From NCBI GenBank assembly GCA_002269645.1, contig NIVC01002378.1:1-64000 (forward strand): a stretch of 64,000 nucleotides of DNA, read 5' to 3'. The notes under the pieces are model-generated. The model did no database searches. It worked only from the letters and a program-made list of their open reading frames with translations, and had not been told where the DNA came from. The stretch comes from Macrostomum lignano (taxonomy: Eukaryota). Shown here piece by piece: positions 48,486-61,226 of the stretch (its first letter is position 1; each line of letters begins with the position of its first letter). Position numbers and translations under genes: made by a program.

Positions 48486-49012
48486 TATTGGCTGATATCA
48501 GGCTTTTGCACCAGACCCATGTCTAGCAGGATGCGAATAAACTTTTTCATCTCGTTCATATTGCAAGGTTTCCAGCTACGCAGTTTCCATGGCAACTCTT
48601 TGCTACCCTGCTGAACCTGTTGAATCTCCATAGCTGCTCTGCTATTTGTCCAGTTGCACAAGGACTGTACGAAGCTGTCAGGAAGGAACTGTCCAATGAT
48701 AGCCAAGATTCCATTCTCGATGTCCCCTGGCACTATGAAGTTTGGATGTAAGCCAGATGTTCCGAAAAATTCGGGAACTGGGTTTGGCCGAATATCAGTT
48801 TCCGTGCTTTTATCATGCCAGTTTTCGTCAGCTTCTACTTGCTGAGCTTCGGCAGGACCTTCTTCAGGACCGCTGGCCTCGCTATCGTTTGATTCATCAT
48901 CATTGTCAAGTGCGGTCGCAAATGAGTCATTATCTGAATCACTGTCCAAGATGAAGTTCTGTAGATCTGAGCCGGCGGCTTGCATTGTCTCATGCGCAAT
49001 TGGCCAAGGCAA
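48486..49012 (-). pseudogene. piggyBac transposase relic, N-terminal part
   Basis: Acidic N-terminus then FLPDSFVQSLCNWTNSRA...WKPCNMNEMKKFIRILLDMGLVQKPDISQY. Joins 40213 in frame. Confidence 0.85.
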
Positions 49013-50559
49013 TATGTATATATGATCTGCTGTCTCTGTTACTGTCTAATTGATTCATAGACTGTATGATCTAAACTAAATTCGATGCTATGTACAAATG
49101 GGCAAGGCAGTCACAAACCTGATATCTATGGTAATTACTGCTCTCTTTGAAATTGCATAGATTTCATAATTGAACAGAGAAAAGAAAATCAATATTGCAG
49201 AGTGTCTGGGTTATTGGCCATAGACTATCTGAATTTGACTCAACAATTTTTTTTCTTCAGCAACCTACCATCTGGCATCTACTTTGGTAACAGATTCTAC
49301 TTATACTACTTACTTTTTGGCTCTAAAAACTGTGGGAGGGTAAGGGAGTGAGACGTGCCTTAAGTTTTATTAAATGTTGCTTGTAAACTATGGCAGCAGA
49401 GCTGCTGTGGGAGGTAACGGGTGTGAGCAAAAATAGGCGCGGGAGGCTAGTGGTTATACTATTAGTTGCAAGGATGCCTTTATATAAGCTTGTCATTTTA
49501 ACCTAGTAAGAGTGGTTAAATGTCTAGCTTTCTATTTATATGATGATATGTCATTTCTAGAATTACTATTAATAGTATTGATATAGGGTAAAAAGCTATA
49601 ACAATGACTTAAATTGAGGATAATAGTCAAAACTTGATAAAGAAATATATATAGGATTTTAATTTGTAAAATAATAAACAAATTATTATCATAGAAAAAA
49701 CTTCTTAATTAGCATAAATACTAAGCCTTAACTCTTAAATTGTTTTCCCTCAGTCATTTGCCTCAGTGCCCTACTCACTCAGTCTAAAAAATTTTTCTTA
49801 ACCTTTTACAATAAGTTACTAGCAAAAACTTTAATCCAATAGTATGCCCTTGTTATTTGGATATGTCCTGCTCTATTTTTGTCATTATCTTTACTTTTTC
49901 AAGTGGAACAAGACATGAAGACATATGGCACTGTGGCATGTTTTCTCTAGCCAGATATACTTGAAATCTATGCTCTAATCAAGGTATGAAAAAATTAACT
50001 ACTGGCACCTTTCTACCTTAACCAATGCCTGCTTTGCAATAAATAGTATTAGCTCTACCATAGCCAATGTCAGCTGTACTACTACCTGAGCCATCTTACT
50101 CATTGCAATATGCCTATTATTATCAACTAATATGCTGCAAGCAGATAAGCATCAGTCAATAGAAATATAACCATTAATCAGTTTCAAATAGATTATCAAA
50201 GATAGATTAGCATTTGATAAACCTGATAAAGATATTTAGCAGGGTGTAGCCCATTTTGGCAAAAGAATTTTCAGCAAAAGATGTTTTGGGGAAGATGAAT
50301 TTTTTGTCTACATAGATGCACATTTTGGCAAAAGAAATTAACGACTTTGGCAAAAAGATACTTATACATGTATAAGTATCTTTCAAATTATTCATTGACT
50401 GCCTTAGACAGATATTTGCAATTTGCACATTTAAAAACTCACAACTTAGCTATATATAGCTTATCATGCAAAGTGCACTAGACTATTTCTGTTAAGTTCT
50501 CATAAAAACTTGACTTGCACTCTGCAACTATGAATGCACCTAGCAATTAATGTCTTCTC

Positions 50560-51430
50560 TGTGAGAAAATTGTAAGTATCTTTGCCCTTTGACCTTGCTG
50601 ATCAACGCGCCATCATTTGTGGTGGATGTGGTAGATGGCAGCATCAAAAATGTTGAACAGGGATTTCGCACCAACAATATATCCAGATACAGAAAGGTAT
50701 GGATATAACTTGTCAGTGCATATATGTGCATACATTGTCTTTTCACATACATGTATTATTCTGTTTATGTACATGAGCATGAATTTAAACCCCAGGCGAG
50801 CTACAGATAAGTTGGTGGTGCCAGCAGCCATGTGCCAATCAAGAGCCACCCAATCAGGAGCCCCTGCAAGCAGACATCGAAAATCTACAAATTTAGGCCT
50901 TCTGCAGAAAGCTCATGGCCCTAGGATTTCTTCCAGCTATTGAAATGCGATGGCAGTTTGAGCAACTTTGTCAGCAAAGCAGATAACACCCACCCTGCAG
51001 CCACTCTTAAATGTATATCTTTCAGGTACATCAACAAAATTATATGAAATTATATTACAATCAAAATGTGGTAAATAAATGTACAAATTTAAGATATACA
51101 TTCTGCGAACAATTTAATTCAATTAGGACATGTGGTTAAACGGTACTGTCTGGAGCACTAATGAAATATCAGTTTACAACTGCACTATTTGAACCAACAA
51201 TGACATAGAAGGCTGGCATTGACGGCTCAACTACCGGGCTTAGCGAGGTGGCCTTCAATTTTACATTCTCGTCTGACTATTGCATGATGAAGGGCGACTC
51301 ATTGCTGTTGATGCTCAGCTCATGGCACAGGGACAGTTGCAATGATTTCAGCGCAAAGCACAGCGAAAGCGTGACTGCATATTTTTAGAACTGTGGCGGG
51401 AGCACTGCTTGGGTCTGCACTCAACTGAGA
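50560..51430 (+). mobile_element. Degenerate MULE (Mutator-like) transposase relic with PHD-like finger
   Basis: Manual translation gives AIICGGCGRWQHQKC*TGIS, FCRKLMALGFLP and *TNNDIEGWH*RLNYRA...FYILV*LLHDE, with multiple stops. Confidence 0.65.
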
Positions 51431-54400
51431 GCTTGTTAGAGAAGTGTAGTTGCCTAAATCCACCCTAACTTTGTGATACACGTATAATGACAATGGATAT
51501 ATTTACCTTTATTTTAAATGTCTTAGCCCAAATGACTTTTAATTTTAGTAATCTATTTTATTTGCTCAATTTGTTCATTTTAAATGTTTTTATTTATAGA
51601 CACCAATTTTTAAATTTGTTATAATTACTCTGTGTATAACACATAATTGCTTGCCTTTTGCCAATAATAAAAATAACCCCTTGCCAAAGTGGATCAATTT
51701 TAGACGAAATGGTCATTGCAAAAGTTTTTTTTGCCATTATTTTACTATACCAAATAAAAGAAATGATACAATAATGGAATAATTACAATTGTGTAACAAC
51801 TATGTTATAATTGTCAATTAAGCCTATTTTTATACTAGGCCCATAATTGGCAATTATTTTTTCATTTATTTTTATTAGTTTTTTGTATATTCTTCAACAT
51901 AATTAAGGGACAATATTTCCTAATAGGCCTAGGTATAGATTTCCTATCAATGCTAATATGTTCCTTGAAATGCAACTCATGGCTCATACATATATGGCTA
52001 TATTACTTTTTGACAAAAAGCCTAACATAGGCCTAAATGATAACATTTATACAATGCTTCTTTAATATAACTCTAAGGTCTAAGCATGAAACAGACCAGA
52101 CTATAGACGTATTTTTATAAATAAAAATTTAAATGAGCAGACTACATAGCCATTGATGTCATGGCTTACTGGGGGAATTGCTTGCTAAGAGGTCAAGGCT
52201 TATTAGGCCTAAGGGGGATTGCTAAGATGTGAGATATCAAGGCTTACTAAGAATTGTTTAGGTGTCAAGGCAAATAGGATTTACATAAATAATTTTTAAC
52301 ATGCTTATTCAATAAGTTATTAGGTGCCCTAAAGCCAAGGCCAAAAGGCAACTAGATTGCTTGCTAGTTGCTAGTATAAATTATCCTATTGACATTGTCT
52401 AGTATTGACCTATAGTGATTTATTTTGTTTATATATAACTTATAAAATATTAAATAGGACATATGGAATTAAATCGTACATAATTAAGAAACTTGAGACA
52501 TAAGCATGTCAAAAATTTCTAATGTATTATTAATTAAGATAGGCCTGCTAGACCTAATATAGTAATAAACAGCTTGTAAAATTTAAAATTTTTGGCTTAG
52601 CTAAGACAAGTTTGCTATATTATTATGCTAGCTACTAAAATACAAACAGGCGCTGAGGCACAGAAGGCTGAGTTTGTTTGACGCTTTATTGCTAGATTTT
52701 GACGCTTAAAAACCGAAAGACAGAGAACTAACAGTTGGTGACTCGATTCATCATGAACACAATAAAATACGATGCTGCGCCCGTGCCCCGCGGCTACTAT
52801 AATAATAATTTTGCTTTGGCAAAGTTATTGTGGCAGGCGGGTTGCCACTAAACTGTAATACTTTAAAACTTTAATAATATTAATTTTTCCAATTTAAATT
52901 GGTGCCCAATTCCTGGAATTTTTATTTTAATTTTCAACGGTTGTGCCGCATTATACTTTCCCATCGTTGCCCTTGTGCTTCCCATTGTTGTCCCTTTGGG
53001 TTGCCCTGCCGTTGAAGCGATTTTTCCTTTTGTTGATCTCTGCCATTTTGCTATCCAATGCTATGTGTTTAATTCGTCCATCTGGTTGCCCGCATGTTCG
53101 CCCATTCTGTAGCCCAGCTATCCGTCCCAACCCCGTCCCTGAATTGAGTTTAATATTTTGCTTATATAAACTGCGGTTCTGCCGCGATGTTTTTGTGCTC
53201 AAGCTCTAACTCCAGCTCCACCTCCTACTCCTTCTCCGGTTTAAGTTGGTGATAATCTCGTCCCGCCTCCTATAACTCACTGTTCGTTTTGTCTGGTTGC
53301 TCGGTCGATTGTTTATACGTCGCCGCCCAAAAGAATCCTGGTGCGCAAGTAATAAATCAACGCCTGCGGATAGTACAAATAATTCAACAACTCCTATAAT
53401 ATAACCAATAAATAACGACGACAAGTTAATCAATAACTTCTTTTATCCGTTGACATTGCCATAGCTTATCTTAAGTTATTTGCCCGTGGGGCGTAAAATA
53501 ACCGATTAGTCTCAACTCAAAGAAAGCTCTGAGACTCTATTCGTTCCGTAATACGTAAATTACGGTGGTGGCAGCAGCTACCCTACTAAAAGTAACAAGT
53601 TCAACTCATCGACGCATTAATTCACGGAGTCAGAATCTCCTGTTTTTTTAACTGAACGACCGTGCCGCTCTACGACCGCTCCGCTACGATTACAACTACC
53701 CTCCCCCCGGAATTTGAGGACCCCGGCTGTCGGAGACAAAGGAGAAGAAATTCGTTGAGATTCACCCGCGCGATTTTTCCGGCTTAATTCGTGCGAACGC
53801 AACGCTAACCGGTTTCGAAGAAAACCTGAACAACCCCATAATCAATTTTTTAAATTCTTCTTCTCCACCCCAACTCATTATTAAAAGTTTAAAAATGCTG
53901 ACTTTCCAAGACACTTTAACTGATTATAACAAAGTTTCTCGCGGACTAGGACTCCCTCGGACAAGTGTCTGGAGCGCAGAAACAGAGAAATTTAGTGTTT
54001 AATGTTTTTTGTGATTCTTTTTTGCCACCTTTCTTGGATTTCCGTTCAAATGAGATGAGATCACAGCGTCTTGCAGGGGTTTTAACGGGGCATAGCAGTA
54101 GAGAAGAATTAGTCACAGAGTTATAGCTGCTGTGAGTAAACAGGAGCTCGAATTTTGCAACATCTTGGACGTGCCATCAGTACCAGGCGACAGGAGTAGA
54201 GGAGAAGTGGAGACCCACACCGGGGCGTCGCCATCGGGAGGGACCATGTCGCCCCCACCCCACGCCTGTAAAAGCTATACGGGGAAACAACGAAGAGACA
54301 TGCAATGCTTTTCATCCGCCCCATCTTGTGACTATCATGAAAATGAATAATGTTGGTTTGGGCGAAAAAATATAGCACCTGTGGCGAAAAAACCATCAGT

Positions 54401-54769
54401 GCATGAATACGGCGCTAATATTGAGTCCCTGGCTACGGCGCCAAAAAGGATCGAGTGTCTAGTGGCATCAAAATAGACCTGCTGGGGGCGAATAACACTA
54501 CCGATTCCTAAATAAAATAAGTAATCAAACACAAATTGGCGCGCACAACTCGATCCAGAAAACCCGCGAGCCACAATTCAGTCTCCACGTGCGTAAAAGA
54601 ACACACAAAAATATAATTGAATTGACCACCAATTCATGTACGTCGTACAATCAATCAAACTAATACATATGTATCACTTGTTCTTCGACAATCCGGAGTT
54701 CCTCTTCCTGCAGAACTGCTGAAGCGGCGACCCCGACAGGGCAATCTTCGATCTGCCGGATAACACCGC

Positions 54770-55660
54770 CATTTCCATTCCATTTTAGGCTTTTCACCCT
54801 CGCTGAGGGTATATGCCTCACCCCACGGCGCTAGGGGTCGTCGGTGTCGCAGTTTCTTCTGTGTCTAGCCATGTTTGTCGTCGCCAGAGTTCTTTCGCAA
54901 CCTGGAAATTCTTTCCATTTTCTCTTGTAGACTCTCGCGGTGTTGCTGATGTTGGGTTCTACTGTACTGTGTTGTCATGTGAGCAACTGCGTCTGTGTCT
55001 TGCGATGTTTTTCCGGTGTATTCTTGCGCCACATCTTCCGCATATTCTCATCTCTCCTTCTGTTCTGTCAATTCCGTTACATGCTTTTCTGTGGTTCTTG
55101 AGAGTGTTCTCGCTCTTGAAAGTTGTGGTGCATATATTGCATTTAAACGTGACTTTCTGCTCTCGATGCATTCTCTTCATGTGGATTGCGAGACCGCCTC
55201 TCGATATTTACATTTTTTACCACATCCGGGCCAGTCGCAGATAAAATCTCATTGCTGGTTACTGTTTTCTCGTTCCTTTCCAGTGTTTGTTCTCCGCTGT
55301 GTCGATGACCTCTCCTTTTCTCAAACTCTTCCAGGTGTTTCATTCTCTTCATGATGGTCTCTTTCCATTTCTTTCTGTCCCTTGTTTCCTCTTTGATCCT
55401 TGTCCAGTCGATGTTCGCTTCCTTCAGTTTCTTCCAGTAAAAGAGGGTCTTCTTTTTCTTGCCTCAGCATTTCTTGTTTTGTTCAAGATCTTTGAGCCAT
55501 CCTAGCGTTGCAATTTTAACCATTCTGCTGTTTTCCATGCGCATTGTGTGACCGATACTTTCGAGGGTCCTTTTTTCAATTTTCCACCTAATAGATTTGA
55601 TCTCCAGTTCGTTTCTTATGTCTTGCATGTTAACTCGTTCTCGTTCCATCTGCTTCAGGG
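54770..55660 (-). mobile_element. 5'-truncated RTE-like LINE: ORF2 C-terminus with C2H2 fingers and (AATGG)n tail
   Basis: IRWKIEKRTLESIGHTMRM...LGW; CDWPGCGK...H...H; CNICTTTFKSENTLKNHRKAC; CGRCG...HRRSC. Tail AAATGGAATGGAAATGG. Confidence 0.75.
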
Positions 55661-55710
55661 GTGGCTCGCGTTTGTTACTTCAGATATGTCTGTAGCATTT
55701 GTCCACCCAG

Positions 55711-56088
55711 CTTTGTTATAAACACCGCCCTGGGAGCCATGGCCAGCATCGTCCTGCCCATCTTCATGGCCGGCGGCTTCTTTGGCAACAGCCTGACGGC
55801 CTACATCTACCTGTGGAAGCTGAGACCCTTGACGCGTCAGGGAGTGTACTTTTCAGCGATTGCTCTTTCGGACAACTGCATTCTGTTCATGACAGGCTTT
55901 TTGTGGATGTTCTTAGCCAAGGGTCTGCCGTGGATCAGCGGGGCCAAGTACGGATTCTTCATCGTGAATGAGTCGAATGGCGCTTGCAGAGTTATGCGCT
56001 ACTTGGAGTCATTGTTCAGCCTCACGTCCAGCATCCTGTTCCTGATGATGGTGATCGACCGATGCCTGAGCGTTTACTTTCGATTTAA
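55711..56088 (+). pseudogene. Class A (rhodopsin-like) GPCR exon, TM1-TM3, truncated by LINE insertion
   Basis: GFFGNSL (TM1), YFSAIALSD (TM2), ACRVMRY (TM3 Cys), VIDRCLSVYF (DRY-like). Upstream acceptor CCACCCAG. Confidence 0.85.
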
Positions 56089-57222
56089 CAACAACAACAA
56101 CAGAATACGCAGTTAGCGTCATAGGGCGCGCCTCAAGGGCAGGTCGCGAATGAACGCCACGCCGCCGGCCGAATCCGGGGCGCCGGCGTCAGCCAGAAGG
56201 CAGTCGATGAAACGCCGAGTGCGCGCCTGCCCCCGCCGGTAGGGTGCCTGCTGAACTGCTGACGAACTGCTGACAACGCAAAAGCTCCGTCGCTTGTCCA
56301 TCTGCACAAAATCGCAGCCTCGATGCCGTCCGGCACGCAGAACACGACGGTTTTCTGCGTGTTGACCACCAGGCCGACACTCGCTACAACAGCAACTAGC
56401 TTGTCCAGTTGTCGCTGGGCGGAGTCGATGATCGGACCGCAGAGCCAGTGGCGTGATGGCGCGGCAATTGACGACGCGGCGGCGTTCGCGGAAGCGCACG
56501 AGCACATAAACGAGCTGTGCTTGCCTCCGTGTTGCGTTCCGGCCACGCACATTCCGCAGCCTGCGCTTGCACCAAACGAAAGTTGCAAGCCTGCCCAGTG
56601 GCTTACGGAAGCGGATGTTGGCCGACATCATGTCTGCCTCTCAAGGAAGTCATCCAGCGCTCCGGTGTTGCCGTTCTCACGCGGTGTGACGAACAGTTAC
56701 CGCTCGGACCTACGCAAAACCACGTTCAGGTCTCCAAGGATTATCACTGTGTCACGCTGCGCCGTTGGCTCCACCTGTACCGAGAGCTGCTCAAAGAATT
56801 CTAGCTTGAGCCTCGTCAGGTCGGGTGGCAGGAGGCGCGTACGCGCAGAACAGGCGAGCATTTCGGCCGCGAAGCCGGGCGTCGACCCGGAGCAGCCGAG
56901 GGGACAGAGACGCAGCGACAGCTCTGCAGCAGCCTCGGTCCGACCAACGCTCAAACTCCTCCACAGCCTCGTTGGTCCGCCAATGTGTAGTACAGGGTCC
57001 ATCTGGCGTCCAGGAGGGAAGCCCCGAATCAGCCTTGATCGCACATCGCACTGCAGGTCTCTGCAGTGCGATGATGTCACAGCTTAGGTCGAGCGTTAGC
57101 TTTGCTGGAGCCCCTCTCCGCCAGACGGCAGTTCAGCGTCCCGACCCAAAAATCCCGATCCAAAGTTCCTACATGTAAGTTGCTGTGATATTCGTTGACA
57201 CAATTCTCGGTTGCCGTTTCTG
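56089..57222 (-). mobile_element. Internally deleted LINE (APE endonuclease plus RT fragments), (TTG)n tail, 11-bp TSD with one mismatch
   Basis: AYAP...VIILGDLN (APE motifs). TSD TTTCGATTTAA (56078-56088) vs TTTCGAATTAA (57223-57233). Confidence 0.85.
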
Positions 57223-57233
57223 TTTCGAATTAA

Positions 57234-57370
57234 GTGGGCAGAAACGGAGCAGAGAGCGCGCTGACGTGCTGCATCAGTCTGAAGAGTTGGAAGCTGAGCC
57301 TTATCTACGCCTATTCGTTAGTCCTCTTCAACCCTCTCAACCCTGAAATTTTTCACCATCCTACTATAGC
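57234..57370 (+). pseudogene. Probable continuation of the GPCR (ICL2/TM4), disrupted
   Basis: After the TSD the frame reads KWAETEQRAR-stop, and a shifted frame gives TCCI...WKLSLIY, TM4-like. Homology is weak. Confidence 0.4.
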
Positions 57371-57949
57371 CGCTTCAGAATTGTCATTTAAGTGTCCATG
57401 TCGGTGATTTGGCTTGTCCACAGTCGTCAACACTATCAGCCGGAGCTCAGCCAGTTTGAGCTCTTAATTACTCTGGCCGACATTCGCGTTTCGCGTTTTT
57501 AGTGGTGACTAATTGGTCAGGAATTTTCTGCAACTGATGTGCCCATATAGTTCCTGATCCGAACTTTTACTGTGTGACGTTTTAATGTATCCAAATTTCG
57601 AGTCAGAGCGTCAACAGTCGCTTTAATTAAACCACTGCATAGAGAGAATCTTCTTGTGGACTTTGTTCTGAAAATAAGCGCCTTACTTTTGAAAATAAAC
57701 TAAACTACTCTTAAATTGTAAAATAGATTCTCCAAGTCTCATTTAATTGTCACTGATGATGAAGTGCATAGAAGAGGAAGATCATGCAGCACCGTGGCTC
57801 CTACGAAAAAGTCCACTGTTGACGCTAAAAACTTTGCAAAACACCATGGTCTTGAATGGTATTGAGTGAAGCCACAATAATAAAAAGCCTAGACAAGCAG
57901 ACAAGCAGCAATCACTTTGAAGTGCTTGGAAGAGATGTGGAAATACCGG

Positions 57950-58200
57950 TGGTTCGGAACTCGCCAGAAAACAGCATGGAGGCAGGAATTCGCCCAGTGG
58001 CTGACTGATTTGACCTCAGAATGTCATCTGATCTGTGTTAATAAAAATCATCCAGGAGGTTTCACCGGATCGTGGCCTGATTCACCATAAGATCGTGAGC
58101 CAGACACTGACTGCCAACCTATTCCAGGTGTTCATCGAGGAGCTGCTCAACTCGGCGGTCAAAAATCCAAAGGCGTCGACAAGGCGCTTCGTAACACTAG
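57950..58200 (+). mobile_element. Possible IS630/Tc1-type DDE relic
   Basis: GLIHHKIVSQTLTANLFQVFIEELL resembles the segment preceding the second catalytic Asp; no TIRs found. Confidence 0.25.
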
Positions 58201-58949
58201 AGTACTGAGAAATCTGTCTTTTAGCACCGGGTTTCCCCACGGTTATTAAACTGCTTGCTCATAATATCAAATGGCTTGCAAATAAGCTATATTTCTCAGC
58301 GTAAAGCAGACATGTACGAGCTTCTTGAAAGTAGAGCACATCCATTGTATTATCAAAACCCGTTTGATAACTGAATTAAAATCCTCACTTAAGTGGAGAA
58401 CAAATTACGAGTACACGACGTATATTGACAGTTGATCAGATCATATTTCTCTAATAAAATGGTCCACTTCTGCATCGCATGCACAGAGCTAATTTGACGT
58501 GACGATGAGGCAATGCCCATGGCAGGCCACGTGATCCGGGAAAAGGGCAGATGCCCCCAAATGACTTCTCAGGACGTCTTCCTGTTGATTTAGCTCAAAC
58601 CGACAATGTGGCTTAATGAGCCGGATGTGCTTCGCAATGATTTCGATGAAATAATAAAAGCAAACCGCGTGCAGGATGAACGTAGTAAGCAGATGTCCAT
58701 TTTCAATTACTGAAATATGTTTTTTATCACAATACTTGTACTATCGGAAAAGTTGATTGATAGCTTATCAAAATGTTTTCTAAGAAAAAAATAAGGCGAT
58801 GATCGTTTAATTAAATTTCAAATTTCCTTTCAGCTAACTAGGTAAAACTAAAATGGAATGAAAAAGTGAAATTTTCGCTGTAAATCCGTGAATAAAAATG
58901 GGAAATAAAGGAAATAACGAAAATGAAACTTTCTAAACTCAAAAGTGTG

Positions 58950-58985
58950 TTAATACGTTTCGACCATTTTGGTCATCATCAGGGC
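58950..58985 (-). ncRNA. Minimal hammerhead ribozyme motif (CUGAUGA core) at the 3' end of the second Penelope-like element
   Basis: Minus strand CTGATGA-T-GACC(AAAAT)GGTC-GAAAC-GTA. Confidence 0.7.
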
Positions 58986-60300
58986 AGCTTTTGGAGATGT
59001 TTGGATCAATATTGTCGGTTCAGTTTTTATTTGAAAAAAATAACATGATTTGTAATTTTTTTGTTCAACAAAAGTCAGTCTTAGAATGAGAAGGCGCAGA
59101 GAGAGAATAGGGTGTAGTAGACCCCAACCTATTAGAACACGTTGAGTTGGCGGCTGCATGGCACCCCCGATAGCTAACTGACAGTTCAAATTAGGCTTCA
59201 GAGCTTTAATGTAGCTCGTACTTAAATGCCTGTAAAATGCCTCAAGAAAGCAGCGGATCTATTGCCTCGGGCTGAGGGCATCATATCTCAGCATAAGGCT
59301 AGTAAAGCTAGGCTTACTACTTTGGTCGCGAACCAGTTATTGCTCGCATCAATGTTCACGTCGAGAAATAGGAGTTTTTTCCCTCTACCTTTAGTCTTGA
59401 ATTCGATATTTGGGTGGGTGCACTTGATTGCGTTGAAAAATTCATCCTTTTTGTTCTCAGAAATGGCAAAAGTGTCATCGACGTAGCGTTTGTAAAAGCG
59501 AGGCAGGCGCACACGGGACGGTTATCCAGTCTTTTCCCACTTAGCCATGCACAAATTGGCAAGGTTAGGAGCAAGAGGACTGCCCATAGCACAGCCATCA
59601 ATTTATTTGTAGCACCTGCCCCCAATGAGAAAGATATCAGAGGTGGCAAACTAAAGCATCTTTTTAAAAACGGTCTTAGAAAAAGTCAGGTGATCGGGCT
59701 GTCGTAAACCAGGTCAGTAGGTCTCAAAAATAGGTCCCAAGGGATACTCACTCATGTGGACTTGCATAAACCATGAAGCCGACCCTGCTACAGGAGTAAT
59801 ACGCTGTACGCTTCCGAGCTGACATGGAGCTTAACATAAGTTTTAAGAAGCGTTTGCGAGCATCTATCACTTTTTAGTACGGGGTGCAACGTTCTGACAT
59901 CATTAAGAGCTCTGAGGCAATGGAATTTATGTTCATCACGCACAATCTGATCAAGCTTATCAGCATAGTCAGTGCTATTCAAAATAGTGACTCCGTAACC
60001 TTAATTGTCTTGGCCAACGAATTTGATTATATCGTTTTTTCTTAAGTCTAACTAACTCATCGTTTGTTGGAAAAGCCTATTCCGAGTCGAGTTAAAATAT
60101 CGGTGAGCCTTACAGGCAAAACGATCGAATTCAGCGATCAGCTAGGTGATGTCTAAAGCTATATCAGGCACCAGTAGCCATCACCCACGTTGCGATCCTC
60201 TTTTGGAGGCTGTTAACAAGATATTCTTAAGAACTGAGAACTCAGCACTTGGCGGCTAGCCTCGCAATTGACAATCGTAGCAGAACAAAATCACCAAGGG
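58950..60300 (-). mobile_element. Second, more decayed Penelope-like element
   Basis: GVTILNSTDYADKL; DGCAMGSPLAPNLAN; FYKRYVDDTFAIS; LLFLDVNI; YIKALKPNLNCQL (GIY-YIG C-terminus). Confidence 0.88.
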
Positions 60301-60639
60301 GGGTTTCGCGCAGTCTACTCTTGAGCTAGGTATATTTATTCTCAATATAATATATGGCGGAGTTGACACAGGCTTTAGCGGGGGGGGTTGTAAGTGTGCA
60401 TGACTTACTATGTACTCGTACGTTTAACCAAATCAGAATGGGGGGGGTGAGAAAGTGGCGTGAGGCGCGGAGGGGGGCAGGTAAATTAGCTAGGCAAATG
60501 ATGAGTAATAGTACAGAAGTACAATGAAATAAGCAAAACCTTTACTCTTCAATCCATACCTCCCTTCTTGGCATGAGCACATGCCAACAACAAAGAGCAC
60601 CTCGAACAAAGATCTAAAAAATGGAAACATTCAATTATT

Positions 60640-61226
60640 ATAGTACCACGTACTGTACTTTTCAGGAACAAAGTTAAATCGCAAGGATGAAATACGCAAA
60701 ACGAAATGACAAAGTGAAAATGGGATCAAATAATTAGATGCAGTAAACGGATCAGGGGGTGTGATAAATATTCGAACTGGATTAACAACAGAGTTGAACC
60801 TAAAAAGTAGCGTACAGTGCGATGAAATGAGCAAAGGGGATAAAGGCTGAAAATGGGAAAATTAACCGAACAGAGTATGCAAAACCTCTTCGCAACAAAC
60901 GCCAAAAAAGCAAAAAAACACAAAAAACACAAAAACAGAAAACTAACACAAAAAACAGACAACAAAAACTCCCAAAAATAGACAGCAGACATGAAAAAAC
61001 ACAATGCGATAGAACCAAACTGGATTTAATGCGCAGGGAAGCAAAGCTCTCAAAAGCCACAAAAGAAAAATGTAGCGCCAACCCATCACCAAAATAGCTT
61101 GAAATTGAAAACATAGAAAATTGAAACGCATGCAACGGCTAGTCAAAGTTAAGGAAATGATTGCTAAGTCGTACAAATTTTTCAATAAATTAAAGTTTGG
61201 CCAAAACCTCAACTAGTCAGTTCTCA
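60640..61226 (-). mobile_element. Probable 3' LTR of the BEL/Pao element (distal end uncertain)
   Basis: Polypurine tract AAGGGAGGC followed by TGAG... at 61226, immediately at the end of the integrase ORF. Confidence 0.45.

Noticed and set aside
47838-48495. Cys/Leu-rich repeat ORFs
   Set aside because: They are pure minisatellite translations open in three frames.
49495-49520. TTAA-bounded piggyBac terminus
   Set aside because: No matching inverted end was found on the other side of the transposase relic.
53560-53580. Third PBS-like GGTGGTGGCAGC
   Set aside because: The match to tRNA-Leu is only about 10 nt and no LTR end (CA) precedes it.
57780-57880. Small GTPase-like fragment (DAKNFAKHHGLEWY)
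   Set aside because: It is too short, is followed by a stop, and has no G-box motifs or exon context.
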